Shown: positions 9,512 to 22,910 of the stretch, piece by piece
How the letters are laid out: the number at the start of each line of letters is the position of its first letter
Numbering within the stretch: position 1 is the stretch's first letter
From: Parcubacteria group bacterium
GTDB taxonomy: Bacteria > Patescibacteriota > Minisyncoccia > SW-4-49-11
Direction: 5' to 3'
Assembly (NCBI GenBank): GCA_003565105.1
Contig: PXDG01000050.1
Coordinates: 1-31,777 of the forward strand
DNA: 31,777 nucleotides
The notes under the pieces: generated by a model
The model's input: the letters and a program-made list of their open reading frames with translations, nothing else
Database searches by the model: none
What the model was told of the DNA's origin: nothing
Translations under genes and position numbers: made by a program

Positions 9512-9539
9512 CCAAAAAGCAGCTTTTTACGGCTGCTTC
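9512..9539 (-). terminator. Intrinsic terminator of the 23S-5S transcript
   Basis: Minus strand AAGCAGC-cgtaaaaa-GCTGCTT followed by TTTGGTTT, directly after the 5S. Confidence 0.65.
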
Positions 9540-9557
9540 TTACTTTGGAACAAAAGT

Positions 9558-9667
9558 GTCCTTGCGAAAATCTACTTTCCCCATAAAGAGTATCATCGAC
9601 TTGCAAAGGCTTAACTTCTGAGTTCGGAATGTATCAGGTGGACCCCTTTACAACGAATCACAAGGAC
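9558..9667 (-). rRNA. rrf: 5S rRNA
   Basis: Minus strand contains CACCTGATACATTCCGAACTCAGAAGTTAAGC and CGATGATACT..GGGAAAGTAG; ends enclosed by a 22-bp stem (9543-9564 with 9661-9682). Ends approximate. Confidence 0.92.
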
Positions 9668-9694
9668 GCTTTTGTTCCAAAGTGTTGGTTGAGC

Positions 9695-12815
<3,121 letters not shown>

Positions 12816-12952
12816 CTTGTGAAAGTTCCCTCACTGATACAGATGATGAATATCTTCCTTTTCAGGAGAGGCTCATCTCTACACCATATGACTTTTTAAA
12901 ATGTTCTGAATTTGGCTTGTCTGTGCTCTGTTCTCTCTTGGTTACGTTTTCT

Positions 12953-12981
12953 AGTTTACATTATATTCTCATCAGTGTCAA
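12953..12981 (-). promoter_or_regulatory. Dedicated sigma70 promoter of the 23S-5S unit
   Basis: TTGACA (12981-12976)-N17-TAAACT (12958-12953), preceded by a very AT-rich UP-element-like tract. Confidence 0.7.
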
Positions 12982-13144
12982 GGGTTTTTGTGACCATTTG
13001 TTTGGTGTTATTTGTCGTGAAAAATAAATAGTTTATATTCATAGCATATTTATGCTTTTTTAAGGTATATAAGGAATTGTTTTTTATTTTTTTATAACAT
13101 TTCATAGTATGAAATAAAGGAACATCATTCGTATAATACTGGAT

Positions 13145-13176
13145 CAAAAAAGTGGTCTGTTACAACCACTTTTTTG
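13145..13176 (-). terminator. Intrinsic terminator of tig
   Basis: CAAAAAAGTGGT-ctgttaca-ACCACTTTTTTG perfect 12-bp inverted repeat 10 nt after the tig stop. Confidence 0.8.
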
Positions 13177-13185
13177 TGTATATGA

Positions 13186-14463
13186 TTATTCAGCAAATGT
13201 CGCAAGCAAATCAAGGGCCATTTTATCTAACATTTCTCCTTCTACCATCAATCTGAGTCGGTCTTGATCGATTTGTTCAATTTGCTCTTTTGGATACTGA
13301 GACAAAATATTCATCATTTGCGTGGATACTTGTCCTGCATCTGGTTGCAACTCCTCAGCATCAGCAATCTTGCGTAGACATAACATCAGAAGCACTCGAG
13401 ATTCTGCTTGAGGAGTAGATTCAGTAAGAAACTCTTCTCGGGTCTTCCCTGCTCGCTCTAAGGCAGCTTCAAAGCTGTCTCCAGAGTAAGATGCTCGTTG
13501 CTCCATTTCTTGAATAATACGCTCCTTTTCTGAATCAACAAGAACATTCGGAAGCTCTACTGAAATCTCTGCCATAATAGCATCCATAATCGCTTGCTTT
13601 TGTTGAGTTTCTGCTTCTTGCTCTTTTTCTTTCATCAACCCTTCTCGAATAGTGGTTTCCATTTCTGCTACTGTTGGAGTTTTCCCCCCAGTAAGTTCAT
13701 TAATAAATTCATCGGTCCATTCGGGTAATTCTATTTGCTCAACACGTTTTACGGTAATAGCAAAGGTTCCTTTTTTACCTACCAAATCAGCACTATGATA
13801 TTCATCAGGGAAAGGAACATCAAAAGTCTTTGTATCTCCTGCAGCAAGTCCGATCACTTCTTCTTCAAATCCAGGGATAAATCGTCCTCCTCCAATCTCT
13901 ACTGGCATCTCTTCTGATTTGTCTTTTTCTACACCATCTACGGTCAAAGTATACTCTACAACTACGATATCTCCGTTCTCAGCTTTTTTAGAAACTTCTT
14001 TTTGTTCTCCTCGTGACTTTAAGAGATATTGTTTCGCTTCTTCAACTTCTTCTTCTGTAACTTCAGTAACTTCTTTTTTCACTTTCTTAGCAATCTTTTG
14101 ATAATCAGGAAGTTCAAACTGAGGCATAACATCTACTGTAGCAGTAAATTCCACTCCAGTTTCATCTTGTTGATCTCCTAATTCAACAGATGCTTGTGCT
14201 AATGGAGTAATATCTTCTTGAAGAAGAGCTTTTTTATAAGATTCATTCACTGCATATTCAATAGCTTCAGCAAATAAGGTTGCTTGTCCTACATGCTTTT
14301 CAATAAGTGCTTTCGGAGCTTCTCCTTTTCGAAATCCTGGCACTGTTACATTTTTCCCAATCTTTTTGGTTGTTACCTCTACATAAGTAAGCATCTCATC
14401 TTTATCAATTGTAATTGAGAGCTCAATTCGAGATTTAGGAAGTTCTTTTCGAGTTACGTTCAT
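13186..14463 (-). CDS. tig: Trigger factor
   Basis: Ribosome-binding motif VPGFRKGEAP, FKBP domain FIPGFEEEVIG..FPDEYHSADLVGK, and C-terminal domain; promoter TTGAAG-N17-TATACT at 14526-14498. Confidence 0.96.
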   Translation of the reverse strand: MNVTRKELPKSRIELSITIDKDEMLTYVEVTTKKIGKNVTVPGFRKGEAPKALIEKHVGQATLFAEAIEYAVNESYKKALLQEDITPLAQASVELGDQQDETGVEFTATVDVMPQFELPDYQKIAKKVKKEVTEVTEEEVEEAKQYLLKSRGEQKEVSKKAENGDIVVVEYTLTVDGVEKDKSEEMPVEIGGGRFIPGFEEEVIGLAAGDTKTFDVPFPDEYHSADLVGKKGTFAITVKRVEQIELPEWTDEFINELTGGKTPTVAEMETTIREGLMKEKEQEAETQQKQAIMDAIMAEISVELPNVLVDSEKERIIQEMEQRASYSGDSFEAALERAGKTREEFLTESTPQAESRVLLMLCLRKIADAEELQPDAGQVSTQMMNILSQYPKEQIEQIDQDRLRLMVEGEMLDKMALDLLATFAE

Positions 14464-14656
14464 TTAACTGTAGGTTATACTTTATACAATCTTTCTTAGT
14501 ATATATTATTTTGTCAGTATCTTCAAGCTGTATACAAGGTCTATGGTATAATTGTTTCCAGTTCTACACTGATGATACAGAAGGTCGATATTCAGAATAT
14601 TTCTCTCCCTACCATTATAGGTTTTAACTAATTATCATTGGGAAACTATGATAATC

Positions 14657-15601
14657 TTAATTCCTTACCTTGATTCTCCAACGATACATAAATATCAGAA
14701 ATGGAGCAGCAATAAATAAGGAAGAATACGTTCCGAACACCACTCCAATTGCCAAAGCTAATGCAAAGAGCTGAATAGTGGGTCCACCAAATAAGACAAT
14801 TGAACCTAAGACAACAAAGAGCGTCAAGGATGTATTAATAGATCTCATTAAGGTTTGGGAGATACTCTTTCCTACTACATCTTCAAAATCATTAGCTTTT
14901 CCTTTCCTCAAATTTTCTTGAACTCGATCAAAAACAACAATCGTATCATTTACTGATGTTCCGAGAATAGATAATAAAGCGACCACAAAAAGCAAGTCGA
15001 TCGTGAGAATATCTAATGCAGATAACACCGCGAATATTCCGACAGGTATCAAAACATCATGAATCAAAGCTACAATAGCTGCAAGACCATAATAGAAAGA
15101 GGGTACTGGTTTCGAATTCTTACGAAAAACATAGGTAATAAACAATACTATAACCAAAATAACCATTGCAATTGCCCAGAGAGAGCGATCTCTTAACTCC
15201 GCTCCTACGATAGGACTAATAGTTGAACGAGAAACAACAGTCACTGTTTCATCTGCATCATCCAATGATTCAACTAAGGCATCTAAAATACGATCTTCTA
15301 CGGACACTTCTTCGTCTTCTTCGAATGGAGGGAATTCCAATCGAAAGGTTGAATCACCTGTTCGTGATATAATATTTGGCTGAACTTCTTGATCAACCAA
15401 TGCTTCGGAAATATCTTCTCTCAAAACATTTTCAGGAAAAGCAATCTCCAACACCTCACCTCCTGTAAAGTCTGGTCCTAATCGAAGTCCAAATACAGAT
15501 ATACTTATAATCGAACCTATCATAAAAAGGATTCCTAAACCAAACCAGAGTTTTGCATATTTTACTACAAACATATATGTACGTTTATCGATTAGTGTCA
15601 T
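14657..15601 (-). CDS. secF: Protein translocase subunit SecF
   Basis: LRLGPDFTGG, ISPIVGAEL, ALIHDVL, GTSVNDTIVVFDRVQEN, SISQTLMRSINTS and GTYSSLFIA; true start may be the downstream ATG (MFVVKY). Confidence 0.95.
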   Translation of the reverse strand: MTLIDKRTYMFVVKYAKLWFGLGILFMIGSIISISVFGLRLGPDFTGGEVLEIAFPENVLREDISEALVDQEVQPNIISRTGDSTFRLEFPPFEEDEEVSVEDRILDALVESLDDADETVTVVSRSTISPIVGAELRDRSLWAIAMVILVIVLFITYVFRKNSKPVPSFYYGLAAIVALIHDVLIPVGIFAVLSALDILTIDLLFVVALLSILGTSVNDTIVVFDRVQENLRKGKANDFEDVVGKSISQTLMRSINTSLTLFVVLGSIVLFGGPTIQLFALALAIGVVFGTYSSLFIAAPFLIFMYRWRIKVRN

Positions 15602-17216
15602 TCATAAAGAGCAGCCAATTCCCCAAACGGTGCTTCATTAACCAGTTTTGTGTAACAAGTAGGATAATAATCATTCGGGTAACAGTGACTGCCGTAAACA
15701 TACTTACAATCACTCCAAGAGCCAAGCTGACCGCAAAACCTTGCACTATCCCCGATGCCAAATAAAACAATATCAAAGCAGAAATAAATGTTGAAACTTG
15801 AGAATCTCGAATAGATATCCAGGCTCTACGGAACCCTTCTTTTACAGAATATTCAAAGGTGTGCTGATTTTTCAACTCTTCTTTAATCCGTTCAAAAATA
15901 AGAATGTTTCCATCTACCGCCAATCCAATACTGACAATAAAACCAGTAATTCCTGCTAATGTTAGAGTAAATCCTAGTAGTTTAATCAGGGTCATTACAA
16001 AAATTGAATATAATATTAAAGCAATTAACGCAACGAATCCAAATCCTCGATACATAAGTAGCATATATACAGCTACTAATGCTAATCCTAATATAGCTGC
16101 TTGGATACTTTGTTCCAGGGCACTAACTCCAAGTGAGGCCTCCACTGTCTGAAGAGAAGCAATAATGATCGGTAAAGGAAGAGCCCCTGCGTTTAATGAA
16201 TCGACAAGTGTTCGAGATTCTTCGATTGAGAACTGACCAGAAATAAGAGCCTGTCCAGTAGGTATTTCTTCATTAATAGTGGGACCACTAATGACTTCAC
16301 CATCCAATACGATAAACAATTGTTCACCTAGGTTATCACGAGTAAATTCGGCAAAAGTGCGGCGACCTTCAGAATCAAAAATAACAGATACTTGTGGAGC
16401 TCCAGTTGTAGGGTCAAACACTACGGATGCGCGAGAAACATCTGAACCTTCCAAGATTAAATCTTCTTCTTCATAAAAAGGATTCTCCAACGGAATATCT
16501 TCTTCGTCCATAGTTGAGAGGTCTAACTCCCCTGATTGGAGCTGATCAAAAAATTCCTGATTAGAGTTAAGAATTCGTTCTTGATCTATGGCTGGCCTTC
16601 CCTTAAAAAATTGTAAGAGAGGAGTTTGCCCAATTTGTTCCACTGCTTGTTCTGGATTATCAATACCTGCCAACTCAACTACGAGTCTAGTGGTATCCCC
16701 TTCTTCAATAAAAATTCGAGGTTCACTCACTCCAAACGTATTGACTCTCATTCCTACAACTTGTCGGAGACTATCAAGTGCAGCATCGATATTGACGTTA
16801 CTCACATTTTCAACATCAACATCATACACAATACGCACTCCCCCTTGTAAATCAAGACCAAGAATAAATGATGATTCTGGTATCTCTGGAATAGCGATAC
16901 TTTGTAATATAGGTGTGATCTCCACACCACCAGGAAGTTGATCGAGTTGTTCCAAGCCTCCTAGATCTTCTTGTATAATCGCATTTAATCCTCGAATCGG
17001 TTGATTAATAACACCTGGAGATATATAGGCAAGGCCAATCAAGGATACTCCAAGAATCACTAAAAACTGACGCGTAACACGACCATAGTGTGTCTGCCCC
17101 TTCACTAAGAAGACAATCTTTTTACCTAACCAGATGACTATTGTTCCTATCATTGCAAACGGTATCAACAATATGGAGATCAGTCGTTTCAGAATACCAA
17201 GAATTTTCTGCTTCAC
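15585..17216 (-). CDS. secD: Protein translocase subunit SecD
   Basis: LGLDLQGG, RVNTFGVSEP, LNAGALPL, TLTLAGITGFIVSIGLAVDGNILIFERIKEE and IRDSQVST; GTG start. Confidence 0.95.
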   Translation of the reverse strand: MKQKILGILKRLISILLIPFAMIGTIVIWLGKKIVFLVKGQTHYGRVTRQFLVILGVSLIGLAYISPGVINQPIRGLNAIIQEDLGGLEQLDQLPGGVEITPILQSIAIPEIPESSFILGLDLQGGVRIVYDVDVENVSNVNIDAALDSLRQVVGMRVNTFGVSEPRIFIEEGDTTRLVVELAGIDNPEQAVEQIGQTPLLQFFKGRPAIDQERILNSNQEFFDQLQSGELDLSTMDEEDIPLENPFYEEEDLILEGSDVSRASVVFDPTTGAPQVSVIFDSEGRRTFAEFTRDNLGEQLFIVLDGEVISGPTINEEIPTGQALISGQFSIEESRTLVDSLNAGALPLPIIIASLQTVEASLGVSALEQSIQAAILGLALVAVYMLLMYRGFGFVALIALILYSIFVMTLIKLLGFTLTLAGITGFIVSIGLAVDGNILIFERIKEELKNQHTFEYSVKEGFRRAWISIRDSQVSTFISALILFYLASGIVQGFAVSLALGVIVSMFTAVTVTRMIIILLVTQNWLMKHRLGNWLLFMNDTNR

Positions 17217-17256
17217 AGTTTCTATTTGCTTATCTTATATAATCAGTAAGGTATTA

Positions 17257-17535
17257 TTACATCCCCATACCCATTTCAGAGGCAATGGATCGTTGTAATT
17301 CTGATTTTGCAGCTTCAATACATTCTACTACAGCTTTTTCTAATTGTTTTTTATCTTTCAGTAACTCTTCAGAAACCTCAAATGACTTAATAGACTGAGT
17401 TCCATCCATCGTTACCGTCACTCCTTTATGCTCTTTCGTATGTCTCATTTTCGCTAATTTCTTTTGCATTTTTTGAAGCTCTGACATTTGACTAAGCATT
17501 TCTTTTCCTTGTTTAAAGCTATCAAACATTCCCAT
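17257..17535 (-). CDS. ybaB: YbaB/EbfC family nucleoid-associated protein
   Basis: Small helical protein with Q-KMQKKL, GVTVTMDG.Q.I and LE-AV-ECI-AA pattern. Confidence 0.8.
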   Translation of the reverse strand: MGMFDSFKQGKEMLSQMSELQKMQKKLAKMRHTKEHKGVTVTMDGTQSIKSFEVSEELLKDKKQLEKAVVECIEAAKSELQRSIASEMGMGM

Positions 17536-17592
17536 AGTTTTCTTCGTTATATTAAGTAATGTATTCTTTGTCCAAGAATTATATTTAGTATA

Positions 17593-18114
17593 TCAAACAT
17601 TTATAATTTTGTCTTGGGTAAAAGATGTTTGTATGTCTGCATAAACCTCATCCAAGACATATTGGTCTTCTAGTGAGATCTTACGAAGGACAAAGTCGTG
17701 AGCTTTGTCTTTACCAAAGCGTTCGGCACGAATACCAATACGTATGCGTCTCATCTGCTTTCCTCCACATTGTTGAATAATAGATTGAATGCCTCGGTGC
17801 CCACCACTCCCTCGATTGACCTGAATCTTATACGATCCTAAAGAAATATCTGAATCATCATGTAACACAACAACTTGTTCTAAAGGAATTTTATAATATT
17901 GCATAACTGCATACACAGCTTTCCCCGAAAGGTTCATAAATGTAGTGGGTTTCATAAAAATATAGTCTCCTACTTTTGCTATATATGAATGAAAAGAATC
18001 ATTTTTACGAAGCTCAATTCCAGGAATAAGATAATCCAAGCAATCAAATCCTACGTTATGATACGTGTGTTGATATTGATTTCCACTATTTCCCAGTCCA
18101 ACAATAATATACAT
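17593..18114 (-). CDS. pth: Peptidyl-tRNA hydrolase
   Basis: IIVGLGN..QY..TYHNVGF, KPTTFMNLSG, VLHDDSDI, GSGGHRGIQSI, RIRIGI and FVLRK. Confidence 0.95.
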   Translation of the reverse strand: MYIIVGLGNSGNQYQHTYHNVGFDCLDYLIPGIELRKNDSFHSYIAKVGDYIFMKPTTFMNLSGKAVYAVMQYYKIPLEQVVVLHDDSDISLGSYKIQVNRGSGGHRGIQSIIQQCGGKQMRRIRIGIRAERFGKDKAHDFVLRKISLEDQYVLDEVYADIQTSFTQDKIINV

Positions 18115-18120
18115 ACTTTG

Positions 18121-19458
18121 TTATGATTGAATATATATCAGTATATCATACCCCATATCAATGTGAGATTGTTCAAGTCTTTCTGGCTGAGCATCCAGTT
18201 CAGTTGCCTCTAAATAATTTTTAAGATAATGGTAGGTCTGTTCAATTTGTGGCATTTGAGTGGGATTTGATACATATATGCCATTTTCTTCATATGATTT
18301 CTCTGATCGAGTACCGATGATGTTAACATTCACTCCATGCACACGAAAGAGCTCGATAATCTCTTGAGTTAATTGAGATGGTTCTCCATCAAAGATTATC
18401 CCGACATTAGATTTTTCTTGACGAACGCTGTGTATTTCTTCAAGATAATCTGCTCGACGATACATATTGTGAACCTCTTCATGAATCTGGGTGTAATTTT
18501 GACTTCCAGCACGAGGCTCTAATACAAAACCTCGACTTCTCCCAAACATTCGATAATTTTCTTTGATTGGCCCCCTAGCTAAATCTTCTCCAACAACCAA
18601 ATTATAAATTTGATATTCATCAATATTTTGATAGGTAGTATAGAGTTCTCTCAAACGAGTAATAGAAAGATCTGTAGCTGAGTACTCTCCAATAATTCGA
18701 ATGACACCTGGAATGAGGGTCACTTGTCGTAAAGGATTTGTGCGAGCTAATTTTTCTTTGATAGCTTCAACAATTTGTTGCTGTCTCCGTGCCCGATCCA
18801 AATCTCCTCCTTGAGAAACATAGCGACTCCGAGCATACCTCAAGGCGGTAGCTCCATCAACTTCTTGTACCCCGGCATCAATAACAAACCTATCATAGCT
18901 ATAATTTGGACCTGGAAAAAACGGGTCATCGATAGATTCTGTAACATCTACCGTAACTCCACCAATATGATCAACTAACTTTTCAAACCCTTCAAAGTCT
19001 ATCTTAATATAATTATCAATCTCTATACTAGTAATTCGACTCACATATTGAGCCATCAAACGCAAGGCCTGATCATCTGAGTCTCCTCGTCGTTTTGCTC
19101 GAGCATACACAGAATTAATCTTGGCATAATTACCATTATCATCAAAAATCAAAAAGTCGCGTGGCAAAGAAACAATCTGAATTTCTTTAAACCTATTCTC
19201 AATACGCACAACCATAATTGAATCAATCAATTCACCACTCTCATCTGCTCCTAGGAAAAGAAAACTTCTATTTTCTTCAACATCGACAGCATTAACAGTG
19301 GTATTTTCTGCAACCGTTCCATCCCCCATCACAAGCTGGGCTCCTAACAAATAATATTCTGCTTGCGTTTGCCCAATAGTAAAAATCGCAATAAGACTAA
19401 GAACAAACGTTAAGCAAAATGCTGAAACAAGAGCGACTATATGACGGGGAATATTCAT
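18121..19458 (-). CDS. LCP (LytR-CpsA-Psr) family glycopolymer transferase
   Basis: N-terminal TM, FLFLGAD, DSIMVV, SLPRD, KINSVY, IDFEGFEKLVDHIGGVTV, DGATALRYARSRY and GDLDRARRQQQ. Confidence 0.9.
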   Translation of the reverse strand: MNIPRHIVALVSAFCLTFVLSLIAIFTIGQTQAEYYLLGAQLVMGDGTVAENTTVNAVDVEENRSFLFLGADESGELIDSIMVVRIENRFKEIQIVSLPRDFLIFDDNGNYAKINSVYARAKRRGDSDDQALRLMAQYVSRITSIEIDNYIKIDFEGFEKLVDHIGGVTVDVTESIDDPFFPGPNYSYDRFVIDAGVQEVDGATALRYARSRYVSQGGDLDRARRQQQIVEAIKEKLARTNPLRQVTLIPGVIRIIGEYSATDLSITRLRELYTTYQNIDEYQIYNLVVGEDLARGPIKENYRMFGRSRGFVLEPRAGSQNYTQIHEEVHNMYRRADYLEEIHSVRQEKSNVGIIFDGEPSQLTQEIIELFRVHGVNVNIIGTRSEKSYEENGIYVSNPTQMPQIEQTYHYLKNYLEATELDAQPERLEQSHIDMGYDILIYIQS

Positions 19459-19464
19459 ATCAAA

Positions 19465-22029
19465 TTAATTTGGATTCACGACTTCAAAGGTCAGTCCTTC
19501 TGAACTTTTTGCAACCTTGATACTATCTCCTGCGGTTAATTCACTATCTAACAACTTCAAGGCTAACGGATCTTCAATTTCACGGGTAATAATTCGCTTC
19601 AACGGACGCGCTCCCATCACAGGATCAAATCCACGCTGAGCCAGATACTCCTTCGCTTCACTGGTAAGATCAAGCGTAATACTTTGCTCTGATAATCGTT
19701 GGTGGAGTCTAGAAAGTTGAATATCCACAATCGCAATCAATTGTTGTTGAGTTAAGCCGTGAAAAATGGTAATGTCATCAAGCCTATTCAAAAACTCTGG
19801 TCGAAAGAAGTTTTGTAGTTCTTTCCGAACTATCTGCTCTATCTCCTGAACAGAAGTCTCATCTGAGTGTTCTAAAATTTTATCAGACGCAAGATTAGAC
19901 GTCATAATAATGACTGTATTTCGAAAATCCACGGTACGTCCCTGACCATCAGTAAGACGCCCATCATCCAATACCTGAAGTAACGTGTGAAACACGTCTG
20001 AGTGCGCTTTCTCTATCTCATCAAGAAGAATCACACTATATGGATTACGACGAACAATTTCAGTCAACTGTCCTCCTTCTTCATATCCTACATATCCTGG
20101 AGGAGCTCCAATCAATCGAGCTACTGAATGTTTTTCCATATATTCAGACATATCAATCCGTCGTAGACTATCTGGCGTTGTGAACAAAATCTCAGTCAAT
20201 GACTTCGCTAACTCAGTTTTCCCAACTCCTGTAGGACCTAAGAACAAAAAACTACCAATTGGTCGATCAGGATCTTTCAACCCACTACGTGAACGACGTA
20301 TTGCTCGTGCAACGGACTCTACTGCCTCTTCTTGTCCAATAACTCTTTTATGTAACTCTTCTTCTAAATGCATTAATCGTTCCTTCTCCCCTTCTAACAG
20401 CTTATCCACTGGAATATGAGTCCATCGAGAAATTACTTCCGCAATATGCTCTTCTGTAACTTCTAAGGTCACAAATCGTGCTTGAGCTAAAGACTGTTCG
20501 GTGGCTTGAAGTTTTGCTTCTTGATCAGGAAGAGTTTTGTATTTCAATTCTGCAGCTCTATTAAGGTCATACTCTCGTTCAGCTCGATCAATTTCAACTC
20601 TGATATTATCTAATTCCGTTTGAGTACTTCGTAGCGATTGTAATATCTCTCGTTCTTTTTCCCAATCAGTTTTGAGAGTAGATACTTGGTCAGTAAGTTC
20701 TTTTAATTCTGTATTAATTTCTTCCCTTCGACTCTTTGATTTTGCATCTCTTTCTTTTGATAAAGCTTGTTTTTCTATCTCAAGCTGCATTGTACGTCGT
20801 TGCAAAAAATCAATTTCTTCAGGAGCGGATTCTAACTGCATTCTCAGTTTTGCGGCAGCTTCATCGACTAAATCAATCGCCTTATCAGGTAGTTGCCTAT
20901 CTGAAATATACCGTTGAGATAATTGAGTAGCCGAAATCAATGCAGGATCAGTAATTCGCACTCCGTGATGTAACTCATACCGTTCCTTAATCCCCCGCAA
21001 AATACTAATAGTATCCTCTGTACTTGGTTCTGCTACAGTTACTGGTTGAAATCGTCGTTCTAAAGCAGCATCTTTTTCAATTTCCCGATATTCTTTTAAG
21101 GTTGTGGCACCAATCATATGAAGTTCTCCACGAGCTAAAGCAGGCTTCAACATATTTCCCGCATCTACCGATCCTTCACTCTTTCCAGCACCGACAATGG
21201 TATGAAGTTCATCAATGAACAAAATCACTTCTCCTGCAGCTTGCGTCACTTCTTGAATAATAGCTTTCAGTCGTTCTTCAAAATCCCCACGAAACTTTGC
21301 ACCAGCAAGTAAGGCACTCACTTCTAAGGAAACAATACGCTTATCTTTTAAGCCATCAGGAACATCTCCATTAATAACTCTCAGAGCAAGTCCTTCTATT
21401 ACAGCTGTTTTTCCTACACCAGGTTCTCCAATCAAAACAGGATTATTTTTCGTCCGTCGAAGTAAAATTTGCATAATACGTCGAATTTCTTCATCTCGTC
21501 CAATGACTGGATCAAGTTTTCCAGAACGAGCTCGCTCGGTAAAATCAGTACCATATTTCAAAAGAGCATCCATAGTTTGTTCTGCATTTTGAGAATGAAT
21601 TGGATTTGATTGTCTTTGTTGTTTCATATGTTTCATTACAGTTTCTAATGATACGTGAGCGGTAAGGCTCGGAAGATATTCTAAACAGGCTACAAATAGT
21701 GTATCAGCTCCGATAAAAGAATCCTGAAAGGACTCCTGGAGGTCTTTCGCTTTCTGAAAAACCTGTGAAGTTTTAGCACTCATATACTGCCCTGCTTCTG
21801 CTTGAGATGAATGAGACATATCTTGCAGTTCAGCGTACAATACCGATACCAATTGCTGATAATCTTGATCAATCGATCTCATTAGGGATTGGGTCACCCC
21901 CTCAGGGAGTCGTAATAGTTCATAGGCAATATGTTCTGGTTCAATGGCCTGATGTCGAAGCTCTCGAGCAAGTTGCTGGGCTGACTGAATAGCCTGTAGT
22001 GATTGGTGAGTAAAATCATTTGGATTCAT
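19465..22029 (-). CDS. clpB: AAA+ disaggregase ClpB
   Basis: N-domain, Walker A GEPGVGKT and [15 protein letters not shown] and LLDEIEKAH, coiled-coil M-domain, [18 protein letters not shown] and GARPLKR; no IGF/IGL ClpP-docking loop visible. Confidence 0.96.
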   Translation of the reverse strand: MNPNDFTHQSLQAIQSAQQLARELRHQAIEPEHIAYELLRLPEGVTQSLMRSIDQDYQQLVSVLYAELQDMSHSSQAEAGQYMSAKTSQVFQKAKDLQESFQDSFIGADTLFVACLEYLPSLTAHVSLETVMKHMKQQRQSNPIHSQNAEQTMDALLKYGTDFTERARSGKLDPVIGRDEEIRRIMQILLRRTKNNPVLIGEPGVGKTAVIEGLALRVINGDVPDGLKDKRIVSLEVSALLAGAKFRGDFEERLKAIIQEVTQAAGEVILFIDELHTIVGAGKSEGSVDAGNMLKPALARGELHMIGATTLKEYREIEKDAALERRFQPVTVAEPSTEDTISILRGIKERYELHHGVRITDPALISATQLSQRYISDRQLPDKAIDLVDEAAAKLRMQLESAPEEIDFLQRRTMQLEIEKQALSKERDAKSKSRREEINTELKELTDQVSTLKTDWEKEREILQSLRSTQTELDNIRVEIDRAEREYDLNRAAELKYKTLPDQEAKLQATEQSLAQARFVTLEVTEEHIAEVISRWTHIPVDKLLEGEKERLMHLEEELHKRVIGQEEAVESVARAIRRSRSGLKDPDRPIGSFLFLGPTGVGKTELAKSLTEILFTTPDSLRRIDMSEYMEKHSVARLIGAPPGYVGYEEGGQLTEIVRRNPYSVILLDEIEKAHSDVFHTLLQVLDDGRLTDGQGRTVDFRNTVIIMTSNLASDKILEHSDETSVQEIEQIVRKELQNFFRPEFLNRLDDITIFHGLTQQQLIAIVDIQLSRLHQRLSEQSITLDLTSEAKEYLAQRGFDPVMGARPLKRIITREIEDPLALKLLDSELTAGDSIKVAKSSEGLTFEVVNPN

Positions 22030-22046
22030 AAAGATATGTATAATTA

Positions 22047-22631
22047 TTATACTCCTTCTCGACCTAATCGTCGAACTGTTGAAAAATAAGACTCCTTCTT
22101 TGTATCGTCGATATTTTGGACATTAAAAACGGTACGCTGAATCGGGTGAAACCCAACAAACGCAAGTACTCCGTGCTTCAATCCTTGATAAAAGGAATCC
22201 TTTCTTACCCAATAAGAATACCACTGAGGAATCGTCTGGGTATAAATAACCCGTGCAGATCGACCAGAGAGGCGTTTTTCCCACCCGGGAATAAACCTAT
22301 CCATATGCATATTAAAAGCAAATCCAGGGAGCAAAATTCGATCAAAGAGCCCTTTTAATTTTGCAGGGACAGATTCCCACCATACGGGGGTAACAATAAC
22401 CCAGTGATCACACCACTCTAGGTTCTGTTGTTGTTCTATTAAATCGGGTTCAAGTTCTTGTATAGATTTGTAGCCATTCTTAAGTACTGGATCAAACGAC
22501 AGTGATCGCAAATGAACCAATCGAACGGTATGTCCCGCCTCACGAGCTTCTTGAGCATATATTTTCGCTAAATCAGTACCAAACACTGATTTATAGGGAC
22601 TCGCATCTAAAACGTAAATTTGTTTTGCCAT
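22047..22631 (-). CDS. Flavodoxin-fold NAD(P)H-dependent oxidoreductase (MdaB/KefF-like)
   Basis: DL..QQQNLEWCDHWVIVTPVWWESVPAKLKGLFDRILLPGFAF; start reassigned to MAKQIYVLD (22631) because TGgTATACT lies at 22668-22660, inside the longer ORF call. Confidence 0.85.
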   Translation of the reverse strand: MAKQIYVLDASPYKSVFGTDLAKIYAQEAREAGHTVRLVHLRSLSFDPVLKNGYKSIQELEPDLIEQQQNLEWCDHWVIVTPVWWESVPAKLKGLFDRILLPGFAFNMHMDRFIPGWEKRLSGRSARVIYTQTIPQWYSYWVRKDSFYQGLKHGVLAFVGFHPIQRTVFNVQNIDDTKKESYFSTVRRLGREGV

Positions 22632-22668
22632 ACAGAATTTATTGCAAATATATATACTTAGTATACCA

Positions 22669-22701
22669 CAAAAGAAGACCCTCAGCACGATGCAAAGGAT
22701 C
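22669..22701 (-). terminator. Probable intrinsic terminator of the nblA-like gene
   Basis: Minus strand GATCCTTTGCA-tcg-TGCTGAGGGTC hairpin (G-U pairs, one mismatch) followed by TTCTTTTG, 12 nt after the stop. Confidence 0.5.
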
Positions 22702-22713
22702 TAGTGGTAAAGT

Positions 22714-22902
22714 TTACACATTTCTATTGATATTCCAACCCTGTCTGATAAGATTCTTGTAAGTATTTTCTCGTACCAACATATTTTCGTATAGTTTTAC
22801 GAGAATTTCCTGAGCTTGTTCGTGGCTCATTTTTCCTACTTCATGTTCAAACAACGTTAAATTGAATTGTTGCTCTAAAGTCAAATGAGTATTGTCCATC
22901 AT
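22714..22902 (-). CDS. nblA: NblA-like phycobilisome degradation adaptor protein (62 aa)
   Basis: MMDNTHLTLEQQFNLTLFEHEVGKMSHEQAQEILVKLYENMLVRENTYKNLIRQGW aligns without gaps to the NblA pattern L(S/T)LEQQF..F..V..MSH.QA..LVKLYE.M.VRE.TY..L.K..W as I recall it from Nostoc PCC 7120; GGAGG 8 nt before the ATG at 22902. Confidence 0.88.
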   Translation of the reverse strand: MMDNTHLTLEQQFNLTLFEHEVGKMSHEQAQEILVKLYENMLVRENTYKNLIRQGWNINRNV

Positions 22903-22910
22903 AGTGATAC

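Noticed and set aside
22632-22688. N-terminal extension of the oxidoreductase in the ORF track
   Set aside because: It contains the gene's own extended -10 and overlaps the nblA terminator; the family fold begins at MAKQIYVLD.
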